Source of the DNA: Heptranchias perlo
Taxonomy: Eukaryota
DNA length: 64,000 nt
Direction: 5' to 3'
Assembly (NCBI RefSeq): GCF_035084215.1
Contig: NW_027138407.1
Location: forward strand, 868,001-932,000
Shown here: positions 12,261 through 24,645 of the stretch, piece after piece
How positions within the stretch are numbered: the stretch's first letter is position 1
Layout of the letters: each line of letters begins with the position of its first letter
Made by a program: the position numbers and the translations under genes
The notes under the pieces: generated by a model
Told to the model about the DNA's origin: nothing
What the model saw: the letters and a program-made list of their open reading frames with translations, nothing else
Databases searched by the model: none

Positions 12261-13394
12261 CAAATAACGGTGATTAAAATAAGTTGTAAACTCCGTTAAT
12301 ACTAATATTTATCAAACGAATCCTAGACAACTTTAGCTCCTAGGTTAAATGGTAGTTCAACAATAAAATTCATTACTGACTTTCAGAACAAAGATCAACA
12401 AAAACAGTTTTCATTTAAACTGTTAAATCTCTAACTCCTTCCAGATCTGAAACGTTAATTCTTGTTCCTCCTTCCACAGATACTGCCTGACCTGCTGAGA
12501 ATTTCCAGCATTCTCTGTTTTCATTTCAGGTTTCCAGTATTTTGCTTTTTAAAAAAATGCCCTTTGTGTTTTCGAGATTGAAGATTACAGGGTCAGAATT
12601 GAGAAGAAGTAACGTGGATATTTGAATATCATAGCTTGCTAGTCATCTAAAAATGAAATCAGAACGTCAATGACAGGAATATGTTTTGAGATCACGCACC
12701 AAAATGTCAAAGGAAAATCGAGCGCTTTTATTCTAATTGTGGTTCAAAGTACATTGGATGCAATTTTTAGATTATTTGTAGTGAAATGAAGCAGTTCCCA
12801 CATCCGTAACCATAAACAAGCATGTGCATATACACTCGAATCAATGTAAATTCTTACACTTGACTGGCAATAATTCAACCTCATATGTTTCCATACTTAA
12901 AATCCCACCATGGCCTCGCTCGCCCCTATCTCTGTAACCTCCTCCAACCCTACAACCCTTCGTGTTGCGCAACAGAATTTGTGTCGATTTTTGTTTAAAT
13001 TATTCCATCATCCCTTACCAACCTGAATCACTCAAATTTAATTTTGCTATAACGTTTTTCTAAGCTGGAAAGCTTATATTTTTCATTTGTGCAACACAAA
13101 CGATAAAATCTGAAATGAATCTCTTTCCAGCCAATGTCCCTCAATATGTATGTCTGTTTATTACGTTAAACGGACTGAAAATGATCACTGTCATAAAATT
13201 AATACATCTGATTAAAAGTTACATTGGAAGCTGCGCAACATGCATCAGTGAAAAAACAAATACAACCCTGTTAAAACCCTGTTAAATTCGTAATGGTCCC
13301 GAAGAACAGGGGAACGAAAAATAGGTCAGCTTAAGTGATTGACAAGGGTAACCAGAAAAAACATGGTCTCAAAATACAAATTCATTATATTAAT

Positions 13395-15180
13395 GAGGTG
13401 CATAAGGTGCAGCAAGCAGTTAGGAAAGCAAATGTTATGTTGGCTTTCTTGTAAGAGGATTTGAGTACAGGAGCAAGGATGTGTTACTGCAGTTATACGG
13501 GGCCTTGGTGAGACCACACCTGGAGGATTATATGCAGTTCTGGTCTCCTTAATTAAAACTGGGTCTACTTGCCATAGAAGGAATGCAGCGAAGGTTCACC
13601 AGACTGATTCCTGGGATAGCAAGACTGTCGTATGAGGAGAGCTTGGGTCGACTCGGACTGTATTCACTTGAGTTTAGAAGAATGAGAGCGGATCTCATTG
13701 AAACATATAAAATTCTGACAGGGCTAGACAGATTGGATGCAGGGAGGATGTTTCCCCTGGCTTGGGGGTCCAGAACGACGGGTCATAGTCTCACGATACT
13801 GGGTAAGATATTTAGGACTGAAATGAGGAGAAATCTCTTCACTCAGAGGGTGGTGAACCTGTGGAATTCTCCACCACAGAAGGCTGTGGAGGCCAAGTCA
13901 CTGAATATATTTAAGAAGGAGCTGGATAGATTTCTAGAAACAAAAGGCATCAAGGGGTATGGGGAGAGAGAGGGAATATGGTATTGCGATAGAGGATCAG
14001 CCATGATCATATTTAACGGCAGAGCAGGCTCGAAGGGCCGAATGGCCTAATCCTGCTCCTATTTTCTATGTTTCTATTAATGGGATTGGGTGTAATATAT
14101 TAGCACAGATTGAGTATCGGTTAACGGGCAGAAAACAGGGAGTAGGAATAAACGGGTCATTTTCGGGTTGGCAGGTTGTAACTAGTGGGGTGCCGCAAGG
14201 ATCAGTGGTTGGTCCTCAGCTGCTAACAATACATATATCAATGACTTAGATGAAGGGACCGAGTGTCAAGTATCCAAGTTTGCTGAAGATACGAAGCTAG
14301 GTGGGAAAATAAGCTGTGAGGAGTATGCAAAGATGCTGCAAAGGGATATAGACAGGTTAATTGAATGGGCGAGAAGGTGGCAGATGGAGTATAATGTGGG
14401 GAAATGTGGAATTATCCACTTTGATTAGAAGAATAGAAAAGCCGAATATTTTTTGAAAGGTGAGAGACTGAGACATTTTGGTATTCAGAGTAAATTGGGT
14501 GTCCTTGTACACGAATCACAGAAAGTTAACCTGCAGGTACAACAAACAATTAGGAAGGTAAATGGTATGTTGGACTTTATGACAAGCGGGTTGGAGTATA
14601 CGAGTAAGGAAGTCTCGCTGCAATTATATAGGGTTCTGATGAGACATACCTGGAGTGCTGTGTACATTTTTGCTCTCCTTACCAAAGGAAGGATGTACTT
14701 GCCGTCCAACGAAGATTCACTAGATTGATTCCTGGGATGAGAGGGTTATCTGTTGAGGAGAGGTTGAGCAGAATGGGCCTATATTCTCCGGAGTTCTGAA
14801 GAATGAAAGGTGACCATATTGAAACGTATAAAATTCTTACAGGGCTCGACAGGGTAGATACTGAGATGTTTCCTCTGGCTGGACAGTCTCGAACTAAGAG
14901 TCATAGTTTCAAGATAAGGGGTCGGCTATTTCGAACCGAGATCAGGACCATTTCTTCACTCAGACGGTTGTGAATCTTTGGAATTCTACACCACAGAGGT
15001 CTGTGGATGCTCAGTCGTTGAGTATATTCAAGGCAGAGATCGATCGATTTTTGAACCCTAAGGGAATCAAGGAATACGGGGATATGGCAGTAAAGTGGAA
15101 TTGATTTAGAAGAACTGCCATGATCTTAATGAATGGCGGAGCAGGCTCGATGGGCCATATTTCTTATGTTCTTGTGTTCT
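13395..15180 (+). mobile_element. Two tandem CR1-like LINE fragments (13395-14075, 14080-15180)
   Basis: QRRFTRLIPG..FFTQRVVNLWNS; the second piece includes the RT core SGVPQGSV.GP and SKFA.DTKL. Confidence 0.9.
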
Positions 15181-15289
15181 TAATCAAACAAAGGAGCAGG
15201 CAGATATTATAGAACGATTACATTTTCCCAAGGGTGGCAGTGTAAAATTTATAATATCGATTTTAAAATACTTACTTTGTTTTCAAATC

Positions 15290-15590
15290 CCTCTATGTCT
15301 TTGCCCGTCCCTATCTCTGTAACCTCCTCCAGACCTACAACCCTCTCTGCGCTCTTCCAATTCAGGCCTCTTGCGCACCCCCGAATTGAATCGCCCCACC
15401 ATTGACGGCCGTGTGTTCAGCTGCCTTGTCCCTAAGTTCTTGAATACCCTCCCTAAACCTCTTCGCCGCTCCACCTCACTCTCTTGTTCTAACATCTCTT
15501 TATGTGTTACATTGTCTATTTGTTTGCTAATCGCTCTTGTGAAGCGCCTTGGGGCATTTTACGACATTAAAGGCGCTTTATAAACGTTGT
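15290..15590 (+). mobile_element. L2-like LINE 3' end (smaller piece also at 12905-12960)
   Basis: PTIDGRVFSCLVPKFLNTLP (decayed GRAFS..P.LWNSLP); tail gtgaagcgccttggg..ttaaaggcgct. Confidence 0.7.
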
Positions 15591-16224
15591 TCTGGTTGTC
15601 ATATGGTGTTTAAATGAACAGTTAGTACCTGCAACATCATGCTTCAAAACTTGATTCAAACGATGAGGTTTTAGAGAAGCAACTGACACTGAATTGGGGT
15701 TTGTGCTTTTTCAAGTTGCAACCCGCCTCCTTGCGGTGTAACTGAATTGCGGTTATGTCGTGCAGCTTATGAGTGATCTTAGTGTTTGAAACTCAGTGAA
15801 TATATAGACGAGATACTATCTTGGAGGTGGACGCATTTTAAAACTTTCCATTTCCCCCTGGGTGTCAATAACACCTGTAACTCCACCTTCTATCTGACTG
15901 ACCTAGTTTTACTGTCGGCACAAAACACAATTGCACCTGAGTTTCCATTGTTACCACCCCACGCTTCCCCCCGCCCCCATCCCCTCCACTCCCCACTTCT
16001 TGGAAACATGTGTTTATGTGGGTCGAAGTGAAATCAATCCCAAAAGCAAGTTACAAATTGTGTGTCCAATTTGAAATAAATGAAGTGTTCATGAACATCA
16101 TTAGAAGCAATAGAAATTAATGGACTTTTGGAAGTTTGCAGTGGACCCATTTCGTCCTCGGGAAATAGTTAATAATCGTGCGATTTATAATCGATTAGAT
16201 TTATAACACTATTTTTCTAACAAT

Positions 16225-17015
16225 TGGTGAAATGGGCAGGCACATAAGGCAGATGAAATTTAACGCAGAGAAATGTGCAGTGATTCATTTTGGTAGGAAG
16301 AATAACGAGAGGCAATACAAACCAAATGGTATAATTTTAAAGGTGGTACAGGAACAGTGGGACCCGGTGGTGTACGTACAGAAGTCTTTGAAGGTGGCAG
16401 GATAAGTTGAGAGGGTATACAGGATCCTTGGTTTTACTAATTGAGGTATACAGTACAAAGGAACGGAAGTTATGCTCAACATTTATAAAACACTGGTTAG
16501 GCTCCAGCTGGAGAATTGTCCCAATTCTGGCACTATTCTTTCGGAAGGATGTCAAATCCTTCGAGAGGGTGCAGATGAGATTTACTGGAATGGTACCAGG
16601 AAGGCGGGACTTTAGTTACGTGGAGAGACTGGAGAAATTGGGGTTGTTCTCCTTAGAGCAGAGAATGTTAAGGGGAGATTTGACAAAGCTGTTAAAAATC
16701 ATGAAGGGTTTTGATAGAGTAAATAAGGAGAAATTGTTTACAGTGGCAGAAGGGTCAGTAACCAAAGGTCACAGTCTGAAGGTTTTTTGGCTCTGGCGAG
16801 TTGTTATGATCTGGAATGCAGTATAGGTAGTGGAAGCAGATTAAATAGTAACTTTCCAAAGGCAATTGGATAAATACTTGAGAGGACACATTTGCAGGGC
16901 TATGCGGCAGGAGCAGGGGAGTGGGGCTAATTGCATTGATCTTACAAAGAGAGGGCACTGTCACGATGGGCCGAATTGCCACCTTCTGTGCTGTATCATT
17001 CCATGATTCTATGAT
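16225..17015 (+). mobile_element. CR1-like LINE fragment
   Basis: WQMKFNAEKC; ERVQMRFTGMVPG..ERLEKLGLFSLEQR. Confidence 0.88.
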
Positions 17016-17254
17016 ATGAAAATAAAACATTACATAATTAATAACAGTAGTAATAATGATATCCACCCCAATACCTCTTAGTCTGTAGGATGGCATTGAT
17101 TTACCCCGTGATGTAATCGAACAACCAAATGTCAATTAGTGAACATTTTCCATGGTGTGATTGGGACTAAACGTGGCTTGAGAGGTTTGTGGATTTTTCA
17201 GTTTTGTCCCATTATTGATTCGTTATGTAATACCTGGAATATCATCGTATTTAT

Positions 17255-17808
17255 TTGATGCTGATGATGGTGGTGATGAAGATGGTGACGATAATAATGA
17301 TGATGGTGGTGGCAATGATGATGATGGTGATGACGATGGTGGTGATGATAAAGATGATGGCGATGATGTTGATAACGGTAATGATGATGATAATGGTGTT
17401 GATGACATTGATAATGATGATGAAGATGGTGATGATGATGATAATGATGATGATTGGTATAATAATGATGATGATGGGGAAGAAGATGTGATGATGATGG
17501 TGATGATGATGATGCAATGATGATGATGGGGAAGAAGATGATATGATGATGGTGATGCTGATGTTGTTAATGATTATGATGGGCATTTTGATAATGATGA
17601 TGATGATGATTATGATGTGGTGATGATGATGGGGATGATGGTGATGATCGCGATGATGACAATGGCGATGATGATGATGGAGATGATGATGATGAAGATG
17701 GGGATGATGATTGCGATGGTGATGACAGTGACGATGGCGACGATGACGATCGCGATGATGACGATGGGGTGATGAAGATGATGGTGATGATGATAATGAT
17801 GATGATGA
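17255..17808 (+). repeat. Degenerate (GAT)n microsatellite, about 550 bp
   Basis: Continuous gat/ggt/aat triplets; source of the spurious poly-D/M/H/S ORFs. Confidence 0.95.
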
Positions 17809-17964
17809 GCCGCTCACTCACTCCCTTCCCCCGACCTTAGACCATAGTGACCATCAGTCCCTCGTGGCCAGCTGAAAGACCTTACTCTCATTCCCCCGTC
17901 TTTGCAGCACAATCGGTTATTAGTTTCTTCTTTTACGTCTATATGTATCCTTTTCCATTTCGGA

Positions 17965-18065
17965 AACGAGTAAGAAAATAAAGCGAGAAAGAAAGAGTGA
18001 AATAAAGAGAGAAAAAAGAGACAACGAACGAAAGAGAAAGAAGGAAAGAAAGACAGAAAGAATAA
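17965..18065 (+). repeat. GA-rich low-complexity tract
   Basis: gaaa/gaga runs. Confidence 0.8.
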
Positions 18066-18173
18066 GCGGCGGTAATTTGCAGTAATTTGATCCTATGTTT
18101 TTTTCTTTCTTGTGTTGTTTTCGGGGTAGCAGTTTGATTGTAATGGAATCTACCAAGGTGTTGCTCAGAGAGG

Positions 18174-18212
18174 AGATATTGTACGAGAGCTGCGCCTTTC
18201 CCCCACACCGTG
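18174..18212 (-). other. 23-RSS
   Basis: CACGGTG + 23 + ACAATATCT on the minus strand. Confidence 0.88.
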
Positions 18213-18603
18213 GCTCAAGGCACAGTAATAGATTCCTTTATCCGACAACTCTGCCTGGTCGATGCCGAGTGTGCTCAGTCTTTGATCCCTGTCGGTGTAG
18301 ATCTTAAACCGGCCTTGCTGGTCCTCTCCTTTGAATCCACAATGAATGAATCCCGGGGCCACGCTCAACAGTCGGCTGTACCAACAGATGCTATTGGTCG
18401 TGTTGAACTCGCACGGAATCCTGACGGGATTTCCTTCCACTGCGAACTCTTCGGCAGGCTGAGAAATCTGGGCGAAACTCGGAGCATCTTTGAACACAAT
18501 TTGAGAATTGTTAGATTCAGAATATTTATAAAGTACGGTGATTGGAATCATATGTGAAATACTCACAGGACACAAACAGCAGGAACACTTTTATTACGCC
18601 CAT
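18213..18603 (-). CDS. TCR V segment, family C with extra Cys pair, intact (leader 18603-18567, V exon 18487-18213)
   Basis: MGVIKVFLLFVS|gtgagt; aaag acceptor; VRIPCEFNTTNSICWYSR..FIHCGF..GRF..SDKGIYYCALS. Confidence 0.9.
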
Positions 18604-19039
18604 GGCTGTCTTTCTTTTCTCCGATCGGTGATGACAGGTTTATAATTCTCGAGTTCAGCTGATTGTGGTTATTTTGGAGACTGCAACTCGTCAATGCGCA
18701 TGCGCAGAATCATGCCGCAGACTCCGCCTCTTTACAGCTTCAATGGGTCCGAAGCATCTCTTTCGCCCGCTGGGATTCTCTGTTCAAATAGGGGCAATGG
18801 TTCCTGCTTTTGGAGACCGGGGGTGGGAATGAAACCCGTATCTGGTTATTATAACCGGGAAGCACAGGATTGTTAATGGTGACAGAAAACTTCCCAGCAT
18901 TAAAGAGTATTTCTGATGGATGGATATTGGGGGAACTCTGTACTCGGAGATTATTTTAAAGAGCACGGTCACCGCGTTGTGAAATCTGTTCATTGTGTCA
19001 ACACTTTTTATGACACGGCAAAATACTCTGATCAAATTA

Positions 19040-19184
19040 ACCTTGTGTACAGGCCGCGATCAAACATTCCTTAAAACTGACAGGGTTTACCCATCTCGGG
19101 GCCTCAGCGGACCGACACAGCAGTTTATTACTGTGCCCGGAGAAATACAGTGCGGGAATGCAGTTAAACCCTCGTACAGCAACT
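19040..19184 (+). pseudogene. 3' relic of a TCR V (family F-like) with RSS
   Basis: QTFLKTDRVY/ISGPQRTDTAVYYCARR; TACAGTG (19146) + 23 + ACAGCAACT. Confidence 0.8.
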
Positions 19185-19811
19185 GCCGCCCTTGTGCAGA
19201 TTAAAGGTAGTCCGAGTCCAAAGGGAGCAGCGAGAAACATGTGACTGTGGGAATTTTGAGACTGTTCGGATACTGGATGAAAACAACCAGTTAGTGTATC
19301 TATGGAACAGTTTCCACCGCTCATTCATGTGTTGCAGCGATACTGATCGCAGATGTTGCTGAACATAAGACCAACTTCATGTTAAATCCTGCTTATTCCG
19401 TTTTATTTAATTGCTCAACCAAAACTGTTGAATGAAGCTAGTGGTTATTAGTATAATATAAACCACAGAGATGCCGATGAGATGCCGACTATTAATTACT
19501 ATGTCACATGGAGAAGATGCAGATCTGTCTCATGATTCCCACATATCTGATATAGAATGTGAATTAAATCAACTGCTGATATTCTAAACTTGTCTCTGAG
19601 CTCCCGTTATTTTCTTTTATCTATAATAAATGCGAGTTCAAATCACCAACTAATATAATTCCGCAAGTGGACCTCGCCTGATCTTGAAGAGTGTTATGTT
19701 TTGTTTTCCCTTTTAAGAACGTCCCCTGTGACTCTCACTGTGGATGCGGAATTATTGCTTTTGTTTATCGGTGTGCGAGCGCCCTCTAGTGAGCACGAAT
19801 TTGAACTCCTT

Positions 19812-20840
19812 TTTTTTGGCACGGCATGCGCAATATTGCTGCATCAGTGTGGTGTTCATGACACAGAAATACACGGCGGTTTCGGAGATCGTGTCATTGC
19901 CGATGATTAGCTCGGAAATCTTATTAGTTTTATTAAACATGGAAGAGAACCGATTAGTTATGCTGGTGTTCCTGTATCCGTTCAGCCGATAATATGAAGC
20001 ATGTTCTGTGGAGGCAGCCCGGGGTGCTGACTATACCAGTACACATAAGGGGTACTGACTCCTGTTCACAAGGTGCAGGTTAGTGTGACGTTACTTCTTT
20101 CTTCAATCATCATTTCAGGCACCGATTTCATTGTGTCTTTGGTGGCTCTACTCTAACATAAAATGAAAATAAAGGCAACTTCAACAACATCTTCATTATC
20201 ACCGTCACCAGCAGCAGCAGCATCACCATCATCATTATCATCATCGGCGTCATCACCATCATCATTATTATCACCATGGCAATTGTCACCATCATCATCA
20301 GTATCACGATCATCATCATTATCATCATCATCATTACCACCTTCACCATCCGCACCGTCATTATCGTCATCACCATTACCCACATCATCACCATCATCAT
20401 TATTATCATCCTCATCGTCATCAACATGATCACCACCAACACCATCATAACCAACATCACCATCATCATCATTATCGCCATGATTATCATCATCAGCATC
20501 ACGATCATCACCATTATTAACACCATCATCACAATCATAATCATCACCATCAACAGCGGCATCATCATCATCACCAACATCATGATCATTTTACCAATAA
20601 TAACATCTGGGTCACACCAGTCAGGTGTCGAATGGATTTTTACAGGGAAGGAAGTCCTTACTCAGAAGTGATACCATCATGAGGAGCCGGGCCAGACAGT
20701 TCCGCATCATGTTCCCGGAGTCTATAATTATGCACTCCGGGAAATCCTCTGTCGGAGGAGAAATACAGACACCGCCCCACTACACAGCTGATCCAACCAA
20801 TGCCAAACACGGAGAGCAACAGCAATCTCTCTAATAACAT
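19812..20840 (-). pseudogene. TCR V pseudogene, family G (leader 20840-20798, microsatellite-filled intron, V exon about 20150-19852)
   Basis: MLLERLLLLSVFGI G|gt; NVTLTCTL*..YVYWYSQHPG, a frameshift, then NRFSSMF..SETAVYFCVMN; CACACTG at 19851-19845 with a 24-nt spacer. Confidence 0.85.
20180..20600 (+). repeat. Degenerate (CAT/ATC)n microsatellite inside the V intron
   Basis: Continuous cat/cac/tat triplets. Confidence 0.95.
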
Positions 20841-21434
20841 AGAGCAGGCAAGGCGGGTAAGAGCGAGAGCATCAAATGGAAGGTAAATGGAGGGATTCAA
20901 CTGACTCAAATTGGAACGAATTCAAGACTCTGTGTAACCGCAGAAAGTGCGCGGCGCTGATCAGTTGCGCTCGGAGCTGATGGAGCGGAACTGACGCTGC
21001 TTGGGTCTTACGAAGTTAGTGTCCAAACTGCCTCTGCTGACCGATCAAGAGACTGGGAGTGAAATGAAGGGAAGAGACAGATCAGAAATAATGAGCGGGT
21101 TTAATCAGTTCTAATTTAGATCGTTGACAGACAATATCCGGGCACACGTCCTTTTATACATGATCCAAAGACGCTCAATCCCCTCAATTACCTCATTCCA
21201 AACCGGTTTAAAAAGAATGCACAGCAGAGGGCGCCAACCGCACACATGCTAATTAAGAGTCACGTAGTGCAATCACTAAACCAATTGCGGTCGTAGCCGG
21301 AGTTACGTCACAATCAGGCCGGCCCCCTGCAGTGTGTGGGTGGAACAATGAGCTGAAGAGCCACCAGGTTTCCTCTCTCCATCTCAATCTCCGGCTCATT
21401 CAATTCCCAGTCACTGTGAGGGATTCAGCCAGAC

Positions 21435-21952
21435 ATGTTTCTAATAATACTGGCGGCAGTGTTGGACAGTAAGTACCGGATTAAAGAACACATGTTTGCA
21501 GATTGATTCACAGAGCTTGTCGGAGTTAGTGCAATTACCGATCAGAAATATCTCTATGATAGACAGCTGGGTAGATGGAAGGTTACACACTCACACAGAT
21601 AGACACACATTTAGTTCGATTCTGTTTAAACTTTACTGTTTTTTGCCCTATCTTCATAGACGGACTATGTGCAGATCGAGTAACTCAGTCTCCGTGGGCA
21701 AGAGAAGTGTCGGAAGGAGGATCGGTGCAGTTAGATTGCGAATATACAATCTCGGCTATTAACGCCATGCAATGGTATCGGCAAAAACCGACACAGCCTC
21801 CAAGATGGATAATTAGCAAAGTAGCAGGACTGAAGGAAGACGAAATCTCAGGACGATATCTGGCGGCTCTTAACGAGTCTAAAAAGTACGGTTACCTCAA
21901 TATAAGCAGCCTGAGTGTGGAGGACGGGGCGGTCTATTACTGTGCAGTAAGG
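21435..21952 (+). CDS. TCR V segment, family A, intact (leader 21435-21468, V exon 21660-21952)
   Basis: MFLIILAAVLD|gtaagt; ADRVTQSP..QLDC..MQWYRQ..EDGAVYYCAVR; RSS CACAGCG (21953) + 23 + ACAAAAACT (21983-21991). Confidence 0.93.
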
Positions 21953-23151
21953 CACAGCGTCCGATAAAAGCAAAGGCCCCGTACAAAAACTTCAGCGAGT
22001 ATTTACAGCTCCATTAGGGTCTGGATGGTAACAGATAACCGGTGTTTGGTGAGCTGTGATCAGGTTCGCGAGGTACTTGTGTCCGCCTCTTTACCAGTAA
22101 TCATCTGATGGTTTTTAGCACGAAAACTTCAAAACGGATCTCAAACGGAATTATTAATTCTGTTTAAAACAGCCCGCGTGAGGCGAGGTTACCGGGAGCG
22201 CCTTCAACCGCTCAATGCTAATAGCTATTTTCAGGTATTAAAAGATTAACTTTGCATCCTCCTTCTTTCTTTCTTTTATTAATTTTCTATGTAATGATCT
22301 CTCCTACATATGATTAAGAGATAGATAGGCAACCACACCGAGGCGCGCACATACATGCAGAATACTCTGAGCCATTTCCGAGGACCAGGGAGCTGTTTTA
22401 TCTATGTTATCACCAATATTGTGTGGAGCGCACGCTCCCTGTCTGACAAGGGATTCCCAGAAGGGAATTGGATACATACCAGAAGAGGAAAAAGTTGCAC
22501 GGCAATGTGGTTGTGGAACTAATTGGTAGCTCTTTCAAAGAGCCGGCATAGGCATGATTGGCCGAATGACCTCATTCTGTGCTGCACGATTCTCCGATTG
22601 CATCGAAAGAGGACAGAAGAAAAATCAAAGAGACACTAGGGGGCGACATTGGCCCAGGAGAACGATCACCATGTCGTTTCAGGTTGTGGCCATTTGTTGG
22701 CTCCGTGGAACGAATTTCCGTAGTCTCTCGGTCGCTGTTTGCTACATGTAAAATATCACCAACTGTTCCCCGGTAACACTAAAAACAGCTCAGTACGGTC
22801 TATATAAAATGGCACTGCTACTTGCAGTGAACGAAAACATGAGGGGTGGGAATAATTCCTCTGTTCACAGAGTGCAGCGAATCGTAAATCCTTCCGCGGA
22901 GATTTCCTCAGGTCTCCATCTCTAAATGAACCCAAAATACGTTCTTTGTGAAATTAAGTTTTACACACACGCAGCGAACAAAGCAATCTCCCCCACGCCT
23001 ACCCCGCCCCTCCCTGACGGCGTGACATCGTCACAAACGAATGTGACGTGGTTATGCCAGTCATAGGTTTAATAGTTCAGTCTGGCACTGGTGGCAGTGT
23101 TTGCGACTGCAGAGAAGTGGTAAATGCTCACATTGTGAACCCCTGAGAGTG

Positions 23152-23595
23152 ATGTGTTTCCCTGTTTATTTCAGTGGGGTTTTGGCCTTGTTTACGTTGT
23201 GTAAGTACACGAGGGATCCGAGTACAAAAAACATCAATAGGTCCGGTTAGTGGGTCGGATATCTGTAAATGTTCAATTTCTCTTGCAGCCGACAGCGTTG
23301 GTGGCGATTCCGTTCATCAAGACTATTCGGCCAGGACGGTGCGGGAAGGAGATATGGTGACGCTGAATTGTAGTTTTACAACAACAAATACCGACCCTAA
23401 TATTTTCTGGTACCGGCAGTTTCCCGGTCGGGCGCCGGTAAATGTGTTGCTTATTACCAAATATGACACGTTCCCAGCCGACTTCGCCAGGGAACGTTTC
23501 ACGGCAAAGCTGAACGCAGAGGAGAGCGCGGTTTGGCTGAGAATTTCCGTGGTGGAGCGGTCAGACAGTGCTGTGTATTACTGCGCTCTGAGACC
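23152..23595 (+). CDS. TCR alpha/delta V segment, family E, intact (leader 23152-23200, V exon 23289-23595)
   Basis: MCFPVYFSGVLALFTL|gtaagt; DSVHQ..VTLNCSF..IFWYRQFPG..SDSAVYYCALR; RSS CACAGCT (23596) + 23 + ACAAAAACT (23626-23634). Confidence 0.93.
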
Positions 23596-23994
23596 CACAG
23601 CTGCACAGCTCCGAGCCCGTCCTGTACAAAAACTGCAGCACTGTGTGTAAACCAAACAGTGTGTATGGCCGGACTACGCGTCTGTAATGGTCCGAATAGG
23701 ACAGTTACTTTCAGCACACAATATCCCCACAGGGCAGCTCCCATCGGGTCTGAATAGAGGAGTCCGAATTTAGATTTAATTTATTCTTCAGTGAGGGACG
23801 AACAGGAGAAACCTCGCACACGTTTAATAGACCAACCGACCGTGTAATGTGTTCAAGTTTCCCCGCTTCACTGCATTTTTCATCTTTTTCACACCACATA
23901 AACCAACACAAAATATGCAGCTTTGCTGAGATTTGGGGTTTAATCAGCGGGCTCTAACCCATCACATTGCTGAGTGTTTGTTTCATTTCTGCCG

Positions 23995-24230
23995 GTGTGT
24001 GACGGCTCGCCGAGAGCATTAAGTTCATTGTCCTCCAACATTTGCGTTTACACCGAGGAGTCCGCTCTCTGGGGTGGATTTCCTCTGGTCGCTATTTCTA
24101 GCGACGCAGTGAACGCATTCTAAAAGAAGGAGTAACGATTCCACTAACCGAGCGATCACAGGAGATCTCCCGCTCTGTTTGCGATGTCGCTAACACACCG
24201 AGACCAGAGGGAATCATCCCCTTGTGAGTC
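23995..24230 (-). pseudogene. Possible heavily deleted V relic (paralogs at about 39410-39630, 45880-46100, 61160-61380)
   Basis: Minus-strand fragments VLATSQTE.. and NAFTASLEIATRGN..ADSSV*, then gacaatg and a weak nonamer. Confidence 0.35.
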
Positions 24231-24361
24231 CACAGCAGAAGGCTAAACAAACCCGACCCCTGTCAACCTCCTCAGTCTGATTAGTGACAACGAATGAAAT
24301 AAACTGAACATCTTCATCTGCATTCAAACAATATTTTTTCTCACTTTGGGTCGACTATCCT

Positions 24362-24458
24362 CACATCAGAGATCAGCTTTCTCTCTGATCATACTCTCTC
24401 TCAGGTCAATTCGAGATTAAACTGTCTCTCTGGTCAATTAGAGATCAAGCTGTCTCTT
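24362..24458 (+). repeat. 28-bp minisatellite (about 3 units) upstream of family F V
   Basis: tcaattagagatcaaactgtctctcagg-like units. Confidence 0.75.
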
Positions 24459-24645
24459 TTTATTCGTGTTGCTCCCTCTGCTCTGCAGGATGTGACGTTA
24501 TAATCCCAATTCTCTGAAATCAACACATGCTTGTGGTTAAGGAAGTGACATCAGTCCAGCCCCAGCCGGCGCTCTCAGCTCCTTCCGTTTGATTTTCTGC
24601 AGGTTTCTGAGGCACAAAAAGCCCCTCGAATCCGAAGCAGCAGCA

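Noticed and set aside
13583-14050. 155-aa ORF as a host gene (also 11386-11700, 16407-16826, 34224-34862, 55909-56622)
   Set aside because: These are CR1 ORF2 remnants, or chance read-through antisense to V exons.
15690-15945. Possible minus-strand V relic with a GCACAAACC nonamer
   Set aside because: No Cys/Trp/YYC motif is recoverable and the spacer length is wrong.
17215-17821. Poly-Asp/Met/His/Ser ORFs (also 20128-20671)
   Set aside because: They are translations of (GAT)n microsatellites with no gene structure.
19100-19184. DTAVYYCAR suggesting an IgH-like V (TAILV or IgMV) in the TCR locus
   Set aside because: The upstream residues (TFLKTDRVY..IS) align with local family F (TVLKSDKLY..IS), not with VH FR3, and it is only a 3' relic.
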